Shown here: positions 9,782 to 19,307 of the stretch, piece after piece
Layout: the number at the start of each line of letters is the position of its first letter
Numbering within the stretch: the first letter of the stretch is position 1
DNA from: an uncultured Clostridia bacterium
GTDB lineage: Bacteria; Bacillota; Clostridia; TANB77; CAG-508
Assembly (NCBI GenBank): GCA_948485625.1
Contig: CAOMRW010000001.1
Location: forward strand, 70,449-134,448
Length of the DNA stretch: 64,000 nt
Direction: 5' to 3'
Notes under the pieces: model-generated
What the model was told of the DNA's origin: nothing
Database searches by the model: none
Seen by the model: the letters and a program-made list of their open reading frames with translations, nothing else
Made by a program: the position numbers and the translations under genes

Positions 9782-11368
9782 ATGCAACAAAAAAAAGGTT
9801 ATGTAAGTTTTGTATTACATGCACATCTTCCATTTATTCATCATCCTGAAAGTGATGATTATTTAGAGGAATCTTGGTTATATGAGGCAATTTCTGAGAC
9901 ATATATACCATTACTTACAAATTTTCAAAAGTTAGTTGATGAAGGGGTTGATTTTAGAATTACAATGTCTATGACTCCACCTCTTCTTTCAATGTTAGAT
10001 AATAAATTATTACAAAGAAAATATATTAAATATTTAAAAAGATTAATCGAACTTTCTAAAAAAGAAGTTATTAGAACTGCTGGTGATGAGAGATTAAATA
10101 AATTATCTCATTATTATCTTGATAGATATTCTAATGATTTACATTTATTTAAAGATGTTTACAATTGTGATTTAATTAGTCAGTTTAAACATTTTCAAGA
10201 TATTGGTGTTCTTGAAATAATTACTTGTGGTGCTACTCATGGATATTTTCCTATTTTATATGTCAATGAAAAGACTGTTAAGGCTCAAATTGCAGTTGGT
10301 GTTCAGACTTATGAAAAATATTTTGGAAGAAAACCTCGTGGTATTTGGCTTCCTGAATGCGGTTATGTTCCAGAGTCTGATAAATATCTAAAAGAATTTG
10401 GTATTGATTATATAATTACTGAATCACATGGAATTTTATATGCAGACCCTACTCCTATTTATGGTACTTTTTCTCCTATTGTTTCTCCTGAAGGTATTAT
10501 AGCTTTTGGTAGAGATATGGAATCTTCTAGACAAGTTTGGAGTTCTATAAATGGTTATCCTGGTGATTTTAATTATAGAGAATTTTATCGTGATATTGGC
10601 TATGAGGCTGATTATGATTATATAAAACCATATATTGCTCATAATGGTGTTAGAGTCCATACTGGTATTAAATATCATAGAATTACTGGTAAAACTGAAT
10701 TTAAGGATTATTATAATCCCCAATGGGCAATGGATTCAGCTGAAAAACAATCAGGTCATTTTTTAGATTGTAGAACTGAACAAATAAATAATTTATCTCA
10801 ATATATGGACAAGCCTCCTATTATTTTGTGTCCTTATGATGCTGAGCTTTATGGTCATTGGTGGTATGAAGGTCCTTATTGGTTATATATTTTATTTAAG
10901 AAGATTTATTATGATGATTGTAATTTTAAATTAATTACACCATCTGAATACATTGATAAATATCCTGAGATTCAAGTTTGTTCACCTTGCCGTTCTAGCT
11001 GGGGTGCAAATGGTTATAGTGAGGTATGGCTTAATGAAACAAATGACTATGCTCATAAACATTTACATGTTGCTGGTGATAGAATGTGTGAATTAGCTTA
11101 TCTTTATCCAAATGCAAAAGGATTAAAGAAAAAAGCTTTAAATCAATGTGCTAGAGAATTATTATTAGCTCAAAGTAGTGACTGGTTATTTATTATTACA
11201 AATGGTACTATGGTTGATTATGCTAAGAAGAGGATTAAAGACCATATTGGTCGTTTTACTAAATTGTATTATCAAATTAAAAATGATGATATTGATGAGG
11301 ATTTTTTGAAAGATATTTCTAAGAAAGATTGTGTGTTTCCTGATATTGATTATAGTATTTATGAATAA
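9782..11368 (+). CDS. GH57-family 1,4-alpha-glucan branching enzyme-like protein
   Basis: A 528 aa ORF. The N-terminus YVSFVLHAHLPFIHH...ESWLYEAISETYIPLL is typical of GH57/DUF1957. Confidence 0.85.
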   Translation: MQQKKGYVSFVLHAHLPFIHHPESDDYLEESWLYEAISETYIPLLTNFQKLVDEGVDFRITMSMTPPLLSMLDNKLLQRKYIKYLKRLIELSKKEVIRTAGDERLNKLSHYYLDRYSNDLHLFKDVYNCDLISQFKHFQDIGVLEIITCGATHGYFPILYVNEKTVKAQIAVGVQTYEKYFGRKPRGIWLPECGYVPESDKYLKEFGIDYIITESHGILYADPTPIYGTFSPIVSPEGIIAFGRDMESSRQVWSSINGYPGDFNYREFYRDIGYEADYDYIKPYIAHNGVRVHTGIKYHRITGKTEFKDYYNPQWAMDSAEKQSGHFLDCRTEQINNLSQYMDKPPIILCPYDAELYGHWWYEGPYWLYILFKKIYYDDCNFKLITPSEYIDKYPEIQVCSPCRSSWGANGYSEVWLNETNDYAHKHLHVAGDRMCELAYLYPNAKGLKKKALNQCARELLLAQSSDWLFIITNGTMVDYAKKRIKDHIGRFTKLYYQIKNDDIDEDFLKDISKKDCVFPDIDYSIYE

Positions 11369-11372
11369 AAAA

Positions 11373-11445
11373 CTGAATTTGGGGACGGAGGAAAAAACAG
11401 TTTTAAAAAATTAAAACTGTTTTTTTCCTCCGTCCCCAAATTCAG
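11373..11445. repeat. family-1 long palindrome, copy 1 (terminator-like)
   Basis: The arm ctgaatttggggacggaggaaaaaacagtttt and its reverse complement give arms of about 32 bp, starting 5 nt after the GH57 stop. Confidence 0.85.
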
Positions 11446-11540
11446 TTTTCTTAAACAAGCTCCTTTTTAAAACATTTTGCATACTATAATGTATAAGTTT
11501 TAAAAAATTAGTAGATAATACTTGTAGAAAGGAGAATTTC

Positions 11541-12407
11541 ATGAAATCTGTGTGTATAAAAACAAATAATTCTAATTTACTAAATTATCTACTAAATGAA
11601 TTAGATTATATAGAAATTGAGCCTGTATATATTTCTTCAAATAAATTTAAACATTATAATAATATAGTTGTACATTACAGAGGAAATGATAATGAAAAGT
11701 TTATTCATGAAATTTCCTGTATTTTATCATGTTTAGTTATAGATGAGTTGGAGGAGCTTTTCCTTAAGAATCTTATCTTGAAAAATTATTTTTATTTTAA
11801 TTTTAATGAGAGAAAACATATTTTAGATATGTGCTTTGAAATTTTTACAGACGATTTTAATCTTCATTTTGATAAAAAATATAATAGTTTAATTAATAGT
11901 TTTGAAACTTATTTGACTGAAAATAAATCTTTAGTTTTAAGTGGTTTTATAAATTTTAGAATTAAAGATTATATGTTGATTTTAGAAGAAGTTGTTGATC
12001 AGGCAGTAAATGCTTTTGTTATTGAGAAAGAATATTTAGAGTTTGTTTCTTTATTAAAAGTATATATAAATTCTCAAAGTAGCAATTGTGATATTATACA
12101 TTTAATTTATAGTAATGAAAATTCAATTTTATTGGATACTGATAAAAATGTTATAAATATTTCAGATGATATTTTTAAAGCTAAATATTTGTCTGATATC
12201 TCTTTTTCTTCAAATGATTTTGCTTTAAATGGTTTACTTACTCTTCTTCCTAAAAAAATTTATATTCATCTTATTGATAATTGTGTTGATGAATTTATTC
12301 ATACTTTGGGCTTAGTTTTTGAAAATAGAGTTGAAATTTGTACTGATTGTAATATTTGCAAACTGTATAAGAATAATAAAGTAAAAAGAACTATAATAAA
12401 AAAATAA
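11541..12407 (+). CDS. ytxC: sporulation protein YtxC-like
   Basis: A 288 aa ORF. GFINFRIKDY and EKEYLEFVSLLKVYI resemble the YtxC family. Confidence 0.65.
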   Translation: MKSVCIKTNNSNLLNYLLNELDYIEIEPVYISSNKFKHYNNIVVHYRGNDNEKFIHEISCILSCLVIDELEELFLKNLILKNYFYFNFNERKHILDMCFEIFTDDFNLHFDKKYNSLINSFETYLTENKSLVLSGFINFRIKDYMLILEEVVDQAVNAFVIEKEYLEFVSLLKVYINSQSSNCDIIHLIYSNENSILLDTDKNVINISDDIFKAKYLSDISFSSNDFALNGLLTLLPKKIYIHLIDNCVDEFIHTLGLVFENRVEICTDCNICKLYKNNKVKRTIIKK

Positions 12408-12433
12408 ATTTTATTATAGTTCTTTTTATGGCA

Positions 12434-12856
12434 TTACTTTTTTATATAATATGAAGAAAACCATAAGGTGAATGGATCTTTGTAGTTATTTATAGAACCT
12501 TTGATTGTAGTAATTTGTATATTATCACTCTTTTGAATCTCTGGTTGCAATTCTTTCCATAATGTTTCATATCTTTGTTCTTCAATAGACTGTTTCCAAG
12601 AAATAAGTAATATATTATCAAATAATTTCTTTTTAAATTCTTTTTCTGATAATTTTATTACTTTTTCTTTTTTTCCATTAATATATTTTCTTAATTTTTC
12701 TAATATTGATGTTTTTTGTTTATTGTTAGTAGATGTATTTATTTTTAGATAAATTCTTCCCCCGTATCCTTGAATCTCAATACTCTCGTTGCATTTCTTA
12801 ATAGCTAACTCTTTCCGTTCTTCTACACATTGATTAAAATAAGTAATTCTTGCCAT
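12434..12856 (-). CDS. hypothetical protein
   Basis: The ORF track gives 12434-12901. The ATG at 12854-12856 (MARITYFNQ) follows GGAGGA. The gene contains one of the few in-frame CGG codons (12815-12817). Confidence 0.5.
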   Translation of the reverse strand: MARITYFNQCVEERKELAIKKCNESIEIQGYGGRIYLKINTSTNNKQKTSILEKLRKYINGKKEKVIKLSEKEFKKKLFDNILLISWKQSIEEQRYETLWKELQPEIQKSDNIQITTIKGSINNYKDPFTLWFSSYYIKK

Positions 12857-12963
12857 TATTTTTCCTCCATTAATTTTGAAAAAATTATTTCTAAATTTCA
12901 TTTTAAAAAGTTTATATATTAATATGTTATTTATTATATATCATATATTCCAAAAATACAACA

Positions 12964-13031
12964 TGAATTTGGGGACGGAGGAAAAAAACAGTTTTTTAAA
13001 AAACTGTTTTTTTCCTCCGTCCCCAAATTCA
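12964..13031. repeat. family-1 long palindrome, copy 2
   Basis: The arm tgaatttggggacggaggaaaaaaacagtttttt and its reverse complement abut the gpr stop codon. Confidence 0.85.
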
Positions 13032-13032
13032 G

Positions 13033-14043
13033 TTACATACTTAAATTAATTCCTTTTGCGACTACATCTTTCATATTTTCTATTAAGTCGTCAATTTCTT
13101 TTGGTGTTACTATTAAATTAAAGTCTCCTGGAAGTAATGCTTCTTTTATTTCTTCATAATTGTCTTGTTCTTTTAGTTGGTTTAAATAATCATTTGATTT
13201 TGCTTCTTCTTGTAATTTTGTTATAAATAAATCTAATGAATCATTTACAAGTACTGCTGTTTCTACAACTGTTGGTATTCCTATTGCTATAACTGGTATT
13301 CCTAATGTTGCTTGGCTTATTTCTGCTCTTGTATTTCCAACTCCTGCTCCTGGTACTATTCCTGTGTCTGATAATTGTACTGTACTACTTATTCTTTCAA
13401 TACTTCTTGATGCTAGTGCATCTATTACTATTACTAGCTTTGGATTGATGTTGTCTACTATTCCTTTTAGTATTTCTAGTGTTTCTATTCCTGTTGTTCC
13501 AAGAACTCCTGGTGATATTGCACTTACCATTCTTGTTCCTTCTTCTACATATTGTGGTAAATAATTTATTATATGTCTTGTTATCTCTATTTCATTTATT
13601 ACTTTTGGTCCTAAGCTATCTGGTGTTACATATATGTTTCCTAGTCCAACTACTAATATTTCTCCTTGTTTGTCTATATGTGTATCTATTACTTTTTTTA
13701 GTTCATTTGATAATGTTTCAGCTGATTTTTCTATATCTTCATCTTGTGCTATTCTTAGTTTCTTTATATCTATAGTTATATAGTTTCCTTTTGGTTTTCC
13801 TATTGCTTTTTCTCCTTCTTCATTTGTTATTTTTACTCTTTCTACTGATATATTTTCATTTATCTCTTCTTTTTCGCTTTCTATTCCTTGTATTTCATTT
13901 TCAATACTATTTGCTTTTTTATATAAGTCTCTTCTTTCTGATGCTAAGTCTGTTCTGAAATTGAATTGTTTTGTTTGTTTTCCAATTGTTTCTGGATTTT
14001 TGGGCGGATTTGTTTGATTTGATGAATTTGAATTTTCTAACAT
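13033..14043 (-). CDS. gpr: germination protease (GPR endopeptidase)
   Basis: A 336 aa ORF with VVGLGNIYVTPDSLGP and IDALASRSIERISSTVQLSDTGIVPGAGVGN. Confidence 0.9.
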   Translation of the reverse strand: MLENSNSSNQTNPPKNPETIGKQTKQFNFRTDLASERRDLYKKANSIENEIQGIESEKEEINENISVERVKITNEEGEKAIGKPKGNYITIDIKKLRIAQDEDIEKSAETLSNELKKVIDTHIDKQGEILVVGLGNIYVTPDSLGPKVINEIEITRHIINYLPQYVEEGTRMVSAISPGVLGTTGIETLEILKGIVDNINPKLVIVIDALASRSIERISSTVQLSDTGIVPGAGVGNTRAEISQATLGIPVIAIGIPTVVETAVLVNDSLDLFITKLQEEAKSNDYLNQLKEQDNYEEIKEALLPGDFNLIVTPKEIDDLIENMKDVVAKGINLSM

Positions 14044-14129
14044 AAAAACCTCACTTTCTTTATTTTATTGTGAGGTTTTTTTATTTTTTTATTCATTTTA
14101 ATTTATAAAATTTTAATTTTTAATTGTAA

Positions 14130-15725
14130 TTAATGATATATACAATCTAATCCCATGCAAATTCTCCGAGAATATACTCCATATTCATCATTTGAAACTC
14201 CTGGTTCAGTTATTCTAAAAGTAGTTTCGTCGACTTGTGGAGTAAAGTTAATATAATTTCCATCATTCCATTCTCCCTCTTCTCCCAATCCATAATAGCT
14301 TAAGCAACCATACGAAGCATGGCTAACACTAATTCCACTGAAAGAATGTCTCAAAAACGCTTGGCTGATACCAAGAATAGTACAATTTTTAAGTTCAACT
14401 GGGGTACCTGAATAATTACTACCCATGAAATAAGAAGCTCCACCACAATTTCCAGGTAAATCGAACAATACATTATTAAATCCTAAATATCCCCCTACAC
14501 TAGTATAGTTATAGAATGGTTGTAAATCTTTCCAAACTAATTTATTAAAAACGTGGTGACCATTTGCACTATCTATCCCATCCACATACAGATTAGTTCT
14601 CTCTATTACAGTACTCAACCCGCGACCATAAAATGAAACCTTACCTGGAGAAGTTAATAAACCTTGAACCATACTATATGTGCCTGATGATAAATAAATG
14701 TTATATTCGTAACCTGAAACAATGATACCATTACCAGTCATTTTAGTTAATGTTTTATAAGGATTGCTTTCTGTACCATCTCCAGTTTCATCATTTCCAT
14801 TGTTTGCATCTATATAAATCTCCTTAGGTCGAATTAAAGTTGTTTGTTTTACTTCTAATGATGTTTTATTATTTCCTGCTTTATCATATGCTATTACTTG
14901 TACTATATATTCTGTTCCTTCTTCTAGTTCTGTTACTGTATATGTTGGACTTGTTGTTTCATATGCTTCTTTTCCACTTATATTATATACATATTTTCCT
15001 ATTCCACTTTTTACACTACTTGTTGTTGCTTCTCCATCTTCTGCTTCTACTTTTATTGTAAATGTATCTGCTGTTACTTCTTCTATTGTTACTTCTGCTT
15101 TTGTTGGTGCTACTGTATCTATTTTTTGTACTTTTAATGGTTTTGTTTTTGTTTCTCCTGCACTGTCTGTTACTGCTACTTGATATTCCCCATTTTGTGT
15201 TATTGTAAATGTTCCATCTGCATTTCTTGTTAATCCATTTACTTCTATATTTGTTATATTTCCATTTGTCGATTTTGCATTTACTGTTAATGTTATATTT
15301 CCGTTTGTGTATCCTTTTGGTGTTAATGTACAGTAAAAGCTTATTCCTTTTATTGTGTCTCCTACTGTTACCTTTAAATTAGTGTCTATTGTATATTCAT
15401 ATCCTTTATATTCTCCATTTATTTAAGTATCATTTAATGTTGCTGTTATTCCTTCTAGCTTATTTGCTAATTGTCCATCTTCTCCTGCTAAGCTTTCTAA
15501 TGTTACATTATTTCCTTTTGATATTTCTTCTATTTGTATGTCCATTATTGCCATTTCTATTTCTTCTTTTATTTGGGCTTGTTCTGATTTTTCTTTTGAC
15601 TCTTTTGCTCTTTCAAATAATCCATTTCCTGTCAGACTTGCTATTGATATTCCTGCTAAGATTAGTAGGATTATTATTGTTATTATTAATGCAATTAATG
15701 TAATACCTTTACTTTGTTTTTTCAT
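14130..15725 (-). pseudogene. large surface protein with pilin-like N-terminus, paralogue c; a single in-frame TAA at 15423-15425
   Basis: ORFs 15423-15725 and 14130-14741 are in the same frame. I checked that every codon between 14742 and 15422 is open. The downstream part encodes Ig/Fn3-like segments and a beta-helix-like C-terminus (IYIDANNGNDETGDGTESNPYKTL). Confidence 0.8.
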
Positions 15726-15744
15726 TCTTTTTTATTCCTCCTTT

Positions 15745-15862
15745 GTATTTTCTAGTTACATATCTGATTACAAATTCACTTTCTTCTTTTGTATAAGATA
15801 TTTATTTCTCTCTTCTTTTGGACAACTACTTTAATTATATATTTACTTATTTTTCATAACAA
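15745..15862 (-). promoter_or_regulatory. promoter (TTGTTA, 17 nt, TATAAT at 15834-15862) plus conserved leader of paralogue c
   Basis: It aligns with the leaders at 4730-4806 and 17885-18007, for example the shared ...gaatttgtaa... and ...atcttatacaaa... stretches. Confidence 0.5.
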
Positions 15863-16059
15863 GAAAAGTTATTGTTTTTTTGTGTTTACTTTTTACATAA
15901 TATTAATAATCGACTCTTTTGAAGTCTTTTAAAATAAGTCTTCAATGTACTTTTCGTAATAATTTTTATTTTATTAAATACTTTCTGTCATAATAAAAAG
16001 TGTAATAATTAATTATTGATTTTAATTAGCTATTACACTTTTATGTTCAAAATAACTAT

Positions 16060-17769
16060 TTATTCTGTTTTATATACTTCATAAACTATAGGTTCTGAAG
16101 TATATGTTGCTCTTATTCCTATATATTTAACATCTTCTGTTATTGTTATGGTATCAGTTACCCCTCCAACACCATCGACTATATAAGTACTATTATAAAT
16201 ATCTGCAAAAGGATATGAATGTCCATCACTTCTAAAATCTCTATATCCATACAACCATAGCTTTGTTCCTCCATTGCCTTCACCTTTAATTTTCCATGTT
16301 GTTCCTATAGCACTACTATCAACTTCAAATAGAAAACCTGAATAGTCTTTAGCTTGTACTCTTTCTTCTAAATTTCCATCAAATAAAGTTTTAGGAGCTG
16401 CTCCATTTCCATAACATTCTCCTGCACTTAAATCTAATGCATATGTTACTTTATTTCCTTCTACTTTTTTTACATTTTTTATTCCATCTGATGTAAGTAT
16501 TGGATATTCAAGTGCTCCATAAGCCTTTATAGATACCTCATAAATTTCTAGATATACATCTGAATATATTACTATAGATTTCGTATTTTCTGGTATTATT
16601 GCTGTTGTATCATTAATAATTCCTGTTCCTACACTTGAAGTTTTATATGTTTTTATTAAATTGTTGTTTGAGTCTAAATATGCTATATTTAATTGTCTTT
16701 CATAACCACTTGTTGTTCTAAATAATCTAAATTTAATACTCATATTTGTACTCCATGTTGTTTCATCCACTAAAAATTTAGCATTATAAGTTTCTCCAAT
16801 ACCTTGAATATTTGAATATGGATAATCAAATACTGTTTCATTATTACCATCATAACTTTCTGGTCTTAAATAATTCTGTGATATTGTTAATGTTTTTTCT
16901 GCTATTTCTGATTCTAATTTACTTTCACTTTCTATTACACTTTTTGCTTCTATTTTTGTACTACTTGTTGTTATTTTTCCTGTATATAATTTCCAATCTC
17001 CACCATCTTCTCTGTAATAGTTTTTAATAATATTGCTATCATCATATTTTACTTCTATTACATATTGACCTGCTTTAATTTCTGTTGATGTAAATAGAGG
17101 ATATCCGCCTTCTTGTACTATAGTAATTTCTGGTGTTGCAGGTTTAATATTTATAATATCTTTTGTATTTTTTCCTTTTCTTCCTGTCGATGATATTGCT
17201 TTAAATACATAGCTTCCGCTTTTATTTACTGTGAATGTTGTTTCTGCTCCACTTGTTTCTGTTCCATCTGGCTTTATTATCTTCTCTATTGTTCCATCTG
17301 ATACTGTTGCAGTTGCTGTTATTATTACTTCTGTTGCTCCAATGTCTGTTGTGTTTACTGAAAATGTTATTGTTGGTTTTTCTCCACTCATTGGTCCATT
17401 TATTTCTACATTTAAATCTTTGTCTATTGTATAGCCATAATCCTTATATTCTCCTTCTATTTCTTCTCCATTTAATTCGGCTTCTATATCTTTTAGTTTA
17501 TTAGGTAATTCTTTTTCTAGTAATTCTAATGTTACATTGTTTCCTTTTGATGTTTCTTCTATTTGTATGTCCATTATTGCCATTTCTATTTCTTCTTTTA
17601 TTTGAGCTTCTAAAGATTTCTCTTTTGATTCTTTTGCTCTTTCAAATAGTCCACTTCCTGTTAAAGAAGCTATTGATATTCCTGCTAAGATTAGTAAGAT
17701 TATTATTGTTATTACTAATGCAATTAATGTTATGGCTTTTTGATTTTTGATTTTTAATTTTTTATTCAT
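16060..17769 (-). CDS. large surface protein with pilin-like N-terminus, paralogue d
   Basis: The ORF track gives 16060-17823. The ATG at 17767-17769 (MNKKLKIKNQKAITLIALVITIIIL) follows GAGGAG. The first roughly 300 aa are close to paralogue b and the C-terminal half is unique. Confidence 0.8.
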   Translation of the reverse strand: MNKKLKIKNQKAITLIALVITIIILLILAGISIASLTGSGLFERAKESKEKSLEAQIKEEIEMAIMDIQIEETSKGNNVTLELLEKELPNKLKDIEAELNGEEIEGEYKDYGYTIDKDLNVEINGPMSGEKPTITFSVNTTDIGATEVIITATATVSDGTIEKIIKPDGTETSGAETTFTVNKSGSYVFKAISSTGRKGKNTKDIINIKPATPEITIVQEGGYPLFTSTEIKAGQYVIEVKYDDSNIIKNYYREDGGDWKLYTGKITTSSTKIEAKSVIESESKLESEIAEKTLTISQNYLRPESYDGNNETVFDYPYSNIQGIGETYNAKFLVDETTWSTNMSIKFRLFRTTSGYERQLNIAYLDSNNNLIKTYKTSSVGTGIINDTTAIIPENTKSIVIYSDVYLEIYEVSIKAYGALEYPILTSDGIKNVKKVEGNKVTYALDLSAGECYGNGAAPKTLFDGNLEERVQAKDYSGFLFEVDSSAIGTTWKIKGEGNGGTKLWLYGYRDFRSDGHSYPFADIYNSTYIVDGVGGVTDTITITEDVKYIGIRATYTSEPIVYEVYKTE

Positions 17770-17884
17770 CTTTTTCTCCTCTTTCGTTTTATACAGGAAC
17801 TTCCTGTATATTAAATATAACACAATATTTATTTTTATTCAATCTTTAAATTTGATGTTATATTATTGTAAATTAACTGAAATA

Positions 17885-18007
17885 TTTCTGTAATACTCTC
17901 TTTTCTATTGTTTGCAAATTCACTGTCGTTCTTTTGTATAAAATATTTGTAGCTCACTTTCTTTGGACAGTTATCTTAATTATATATTTTATTAATTTTA
18001 TATGCAA
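17885..18007 (-). promoter_or_regulatory. promoter (TTGCAT, 17 nt, TATAAT at 17979-18007) plus conserved leader of paralogue d
   Basis: It has the same architecture and sequence blocks as the leaders of paralogues a and c. Confidence 0.5.
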
Positions 18008-18224
18008 TGAAAATTCTAGTTTCAGTAAGTATTTTTTGACATAATATCATTTTCTTTTTAATTTTTTATATTATTGCAGGTTGTTTCTGTAAAAAATTGT
18101 AAATTTCTATTATATAATGCATATTATAAAAATTATTTAACCTATTAATATTACAAATTTAGCTATTTTTGCATATAGTTTATATTTTATAGGTTAATTA
18201 TTTATGGAGGATTAGTTAGATATT

Positions 18225-18485
18225 ATGAAAGTAAAAACATTAAATGGTAATCTAAACATTGTTGGTAGAAATTTAAAAAAATATAGAATGCTAAAGAAAT
18301 TTTCTCAACCAGAAATATGTAGACAATTAGATTTAATTGGTGTAACTATGTATAATTGTGATATCTATGAGATTGAATATGGAAAGAAAACTGTTAAGGA
18401 TTTTGAAGCTTTAGCTTTTTGTAAAGTTTTAGGAATTTCTTTAGATGATTTATATTCTGATACAGATAAATATTATGAAGCTTAA
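18225..18485 (+). CDS. XRE-family helix-turn-helix regulator
   Basis: An 86 aa ORF, HTH-like (LKKFSQPEICRQLDL), divergent from paralogue d. Confidence 0.7.
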   Translation: MKVKTLNGNLNIVGRNLKKYRMLKKFSQPEICRQLDLIGVTMYNCDIYEIEYGKKTVKDFEALAFCKVLGISLDDLYSDTDKYYEA

Positions 18486-18497
18486 AAAATGTTGGAT

Positions 18498-19253
18498 TTA
18501 TTTATTTCCAACATTTTTTATTTGATCTATTATTTTATTTATTTCATCAAGTCTTTTTTCTTCCATTTTCTCTATTTGTATCTTAAACATTTCTAAGTCT
18601 CCAGTAGTAGCATATGTATCTAATGCATCATAATATTCTAGTCTATCTTCTACCCTTATACTAATTGGTAAAAATTCATCAGACATTAATTGGTAATTCA
18701 TTAGTAATCTTGATGTTCTTCCATTTCCGTCTGGGAATGGATGTATTTTTACAAATTCAGCATGTGTCCATGCGGCTAATTCTATTGTATCCATTTTTTC
18801 TCTGTTTATCTTTAAGTCCTCATAAAATAATTTCAATTGATTATACATATCATTTGGTGTTGGTGGCGTATGTTTTGCACCTGTTATTATAACATCTGTA
18901 CTACGATAAATTCCACCTTGCATTATGTTATCTGTTAATATTTCATGTATATCTTTTATTATATTTTCATTTAGTTCTTCTTTTTTTTCAATACATCTTT
19001 TTACATATTCAAATGCTTTATTATGATTTATAACTTCATATATTTCTCTTAATCTTTTTCCTCCTATTGATATATTATCTTCTAAGACTGTTTTTGTTTC
19101 AATAAGAGTTAATGTATTTCCTTCTATTGTTGTTGAATTATATGTAAAATCAATATCAAATGCTTTGTCAATTTTCTCTTTTAGTTCGTTTGTTATTATT
19201 TCTTTATTCTTATTATAGAAATCTTTCTTTTTTAATAAAGCTGAATTTATCAT
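18498..19253 (-). CDS. Fic family protein
   Basis: A 251 aa ORF with the Fic motif HPFPDGNGRTSR. Confidence 0.9.
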   Translation of the reverse strand: MINSALLKKKDFYNKNKEIITNELKEKIDKAFDIDFTYNSTTIEGNTLTLIETKTVLEDNISIGGKRLREIYEVINHNKAFEYVKRCIEKKEELNENIIKDIHEILTDNIMQGGIYRSTDVIITGAKHTPPTPNDMYNQLKLFYEDLKINREKMDTIELAAWTHAEFVKIHPFPDGNGRTSRLLMNYQLMSDEFLPISIRVEDRLEYYDALDTYATTGDLEMFKIQIEKMEEKRLDEINKIIDQIKNVGNK

Positions 19254-19307
19254 TATTATATCCTTTCTTTTTGATATATCTATCTTTATGCTTTACAATT
19301 TTTATCT

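Noticed and set aside
15423-15425. An alternative genetic code as the explanation for the in-frame stop.
   Set aside because: TAA, TAG and TGA all terminate conserved full-length genes here (for example priA ends in TGA and mutS2 in TAA), and Trp is TGG. There is no support for reassignment.
18225-19253. An XRE-Fic toxin-antitoxin pair.
   Set aside because: The two genes are convergent, not co-transcribed, and the XRE gene pairs better with the divergent pilin-like gene.
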